Origin: Ylistrum balloti
Lineage: Eukaryota
Assembly (NCBI RefSeq): GCF_031769215.1
Contig: NW_026782608.1
Span: 248,001-312,000, forward strand
Direction: 5' to 3'
Length of the DNA stretch: 64,000 bases
Shown one piece after another: positions 63,936 to 64,000 of the stretch (within the stretch, counting starts at the first letter, position 1; every line of letters starts with the position of its first letter). The translations under genes were made by a program, and so were the position numbers. The notes beneath the pieces were generated by a model. It was not told the origin of the DNA, made no database searches, and was given only the letters and a program-made list of their open reading frames with translations.

Positions 63936-64000
63936 CAAAAACAATACATAAATGGTGAAATTTCCAGCTGGATCTACAACAACAACAACTAATAAACACA

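Overview
Eukaryotic (animal) genomic DNA, AT-rich. A bivalve mollusc is likely, inferred from the gene and repeat types. About 27 kb (~40%) of the window is ~21 minisatellite arrays with mutually unrelated units, and these explain almost all long ORFs in the supplied track. Three protein-coding loci lie on the + strand. (1) A terminal exon with a SEFIR/TIR-like domain (627-1780). (2) A 14-exon SLC6 Na+/Cl--dependent amino-acid transporter of the glycine-transporter type (25447-43491; start codon not located). (3) A 5-exon type-I membrane protein: signal peptide, Cys-rich CUB-like ectodomain, one TM helix (58493-63935). There are two tRNA genes (Glu-TTC, and an intron-containing elongator Met-CAT), two minimal hammerhead-ribozyme motifs, and several transposon remnants (LINE fragments, a TA-flanked MITE, an LTR end with a tRNA-Leu PBS). 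The most striking observation is that the intronic minisatellites of the SLC6 gene are built from its own splice junctions. There are 27 tandem copies of one 3' splice site plus the first codons of the exon, ~65 and ~70 copies of two 5' splice sites, and a small array of another acceptor. All exon and repeat coordinates were read by eye; no database search was possible.
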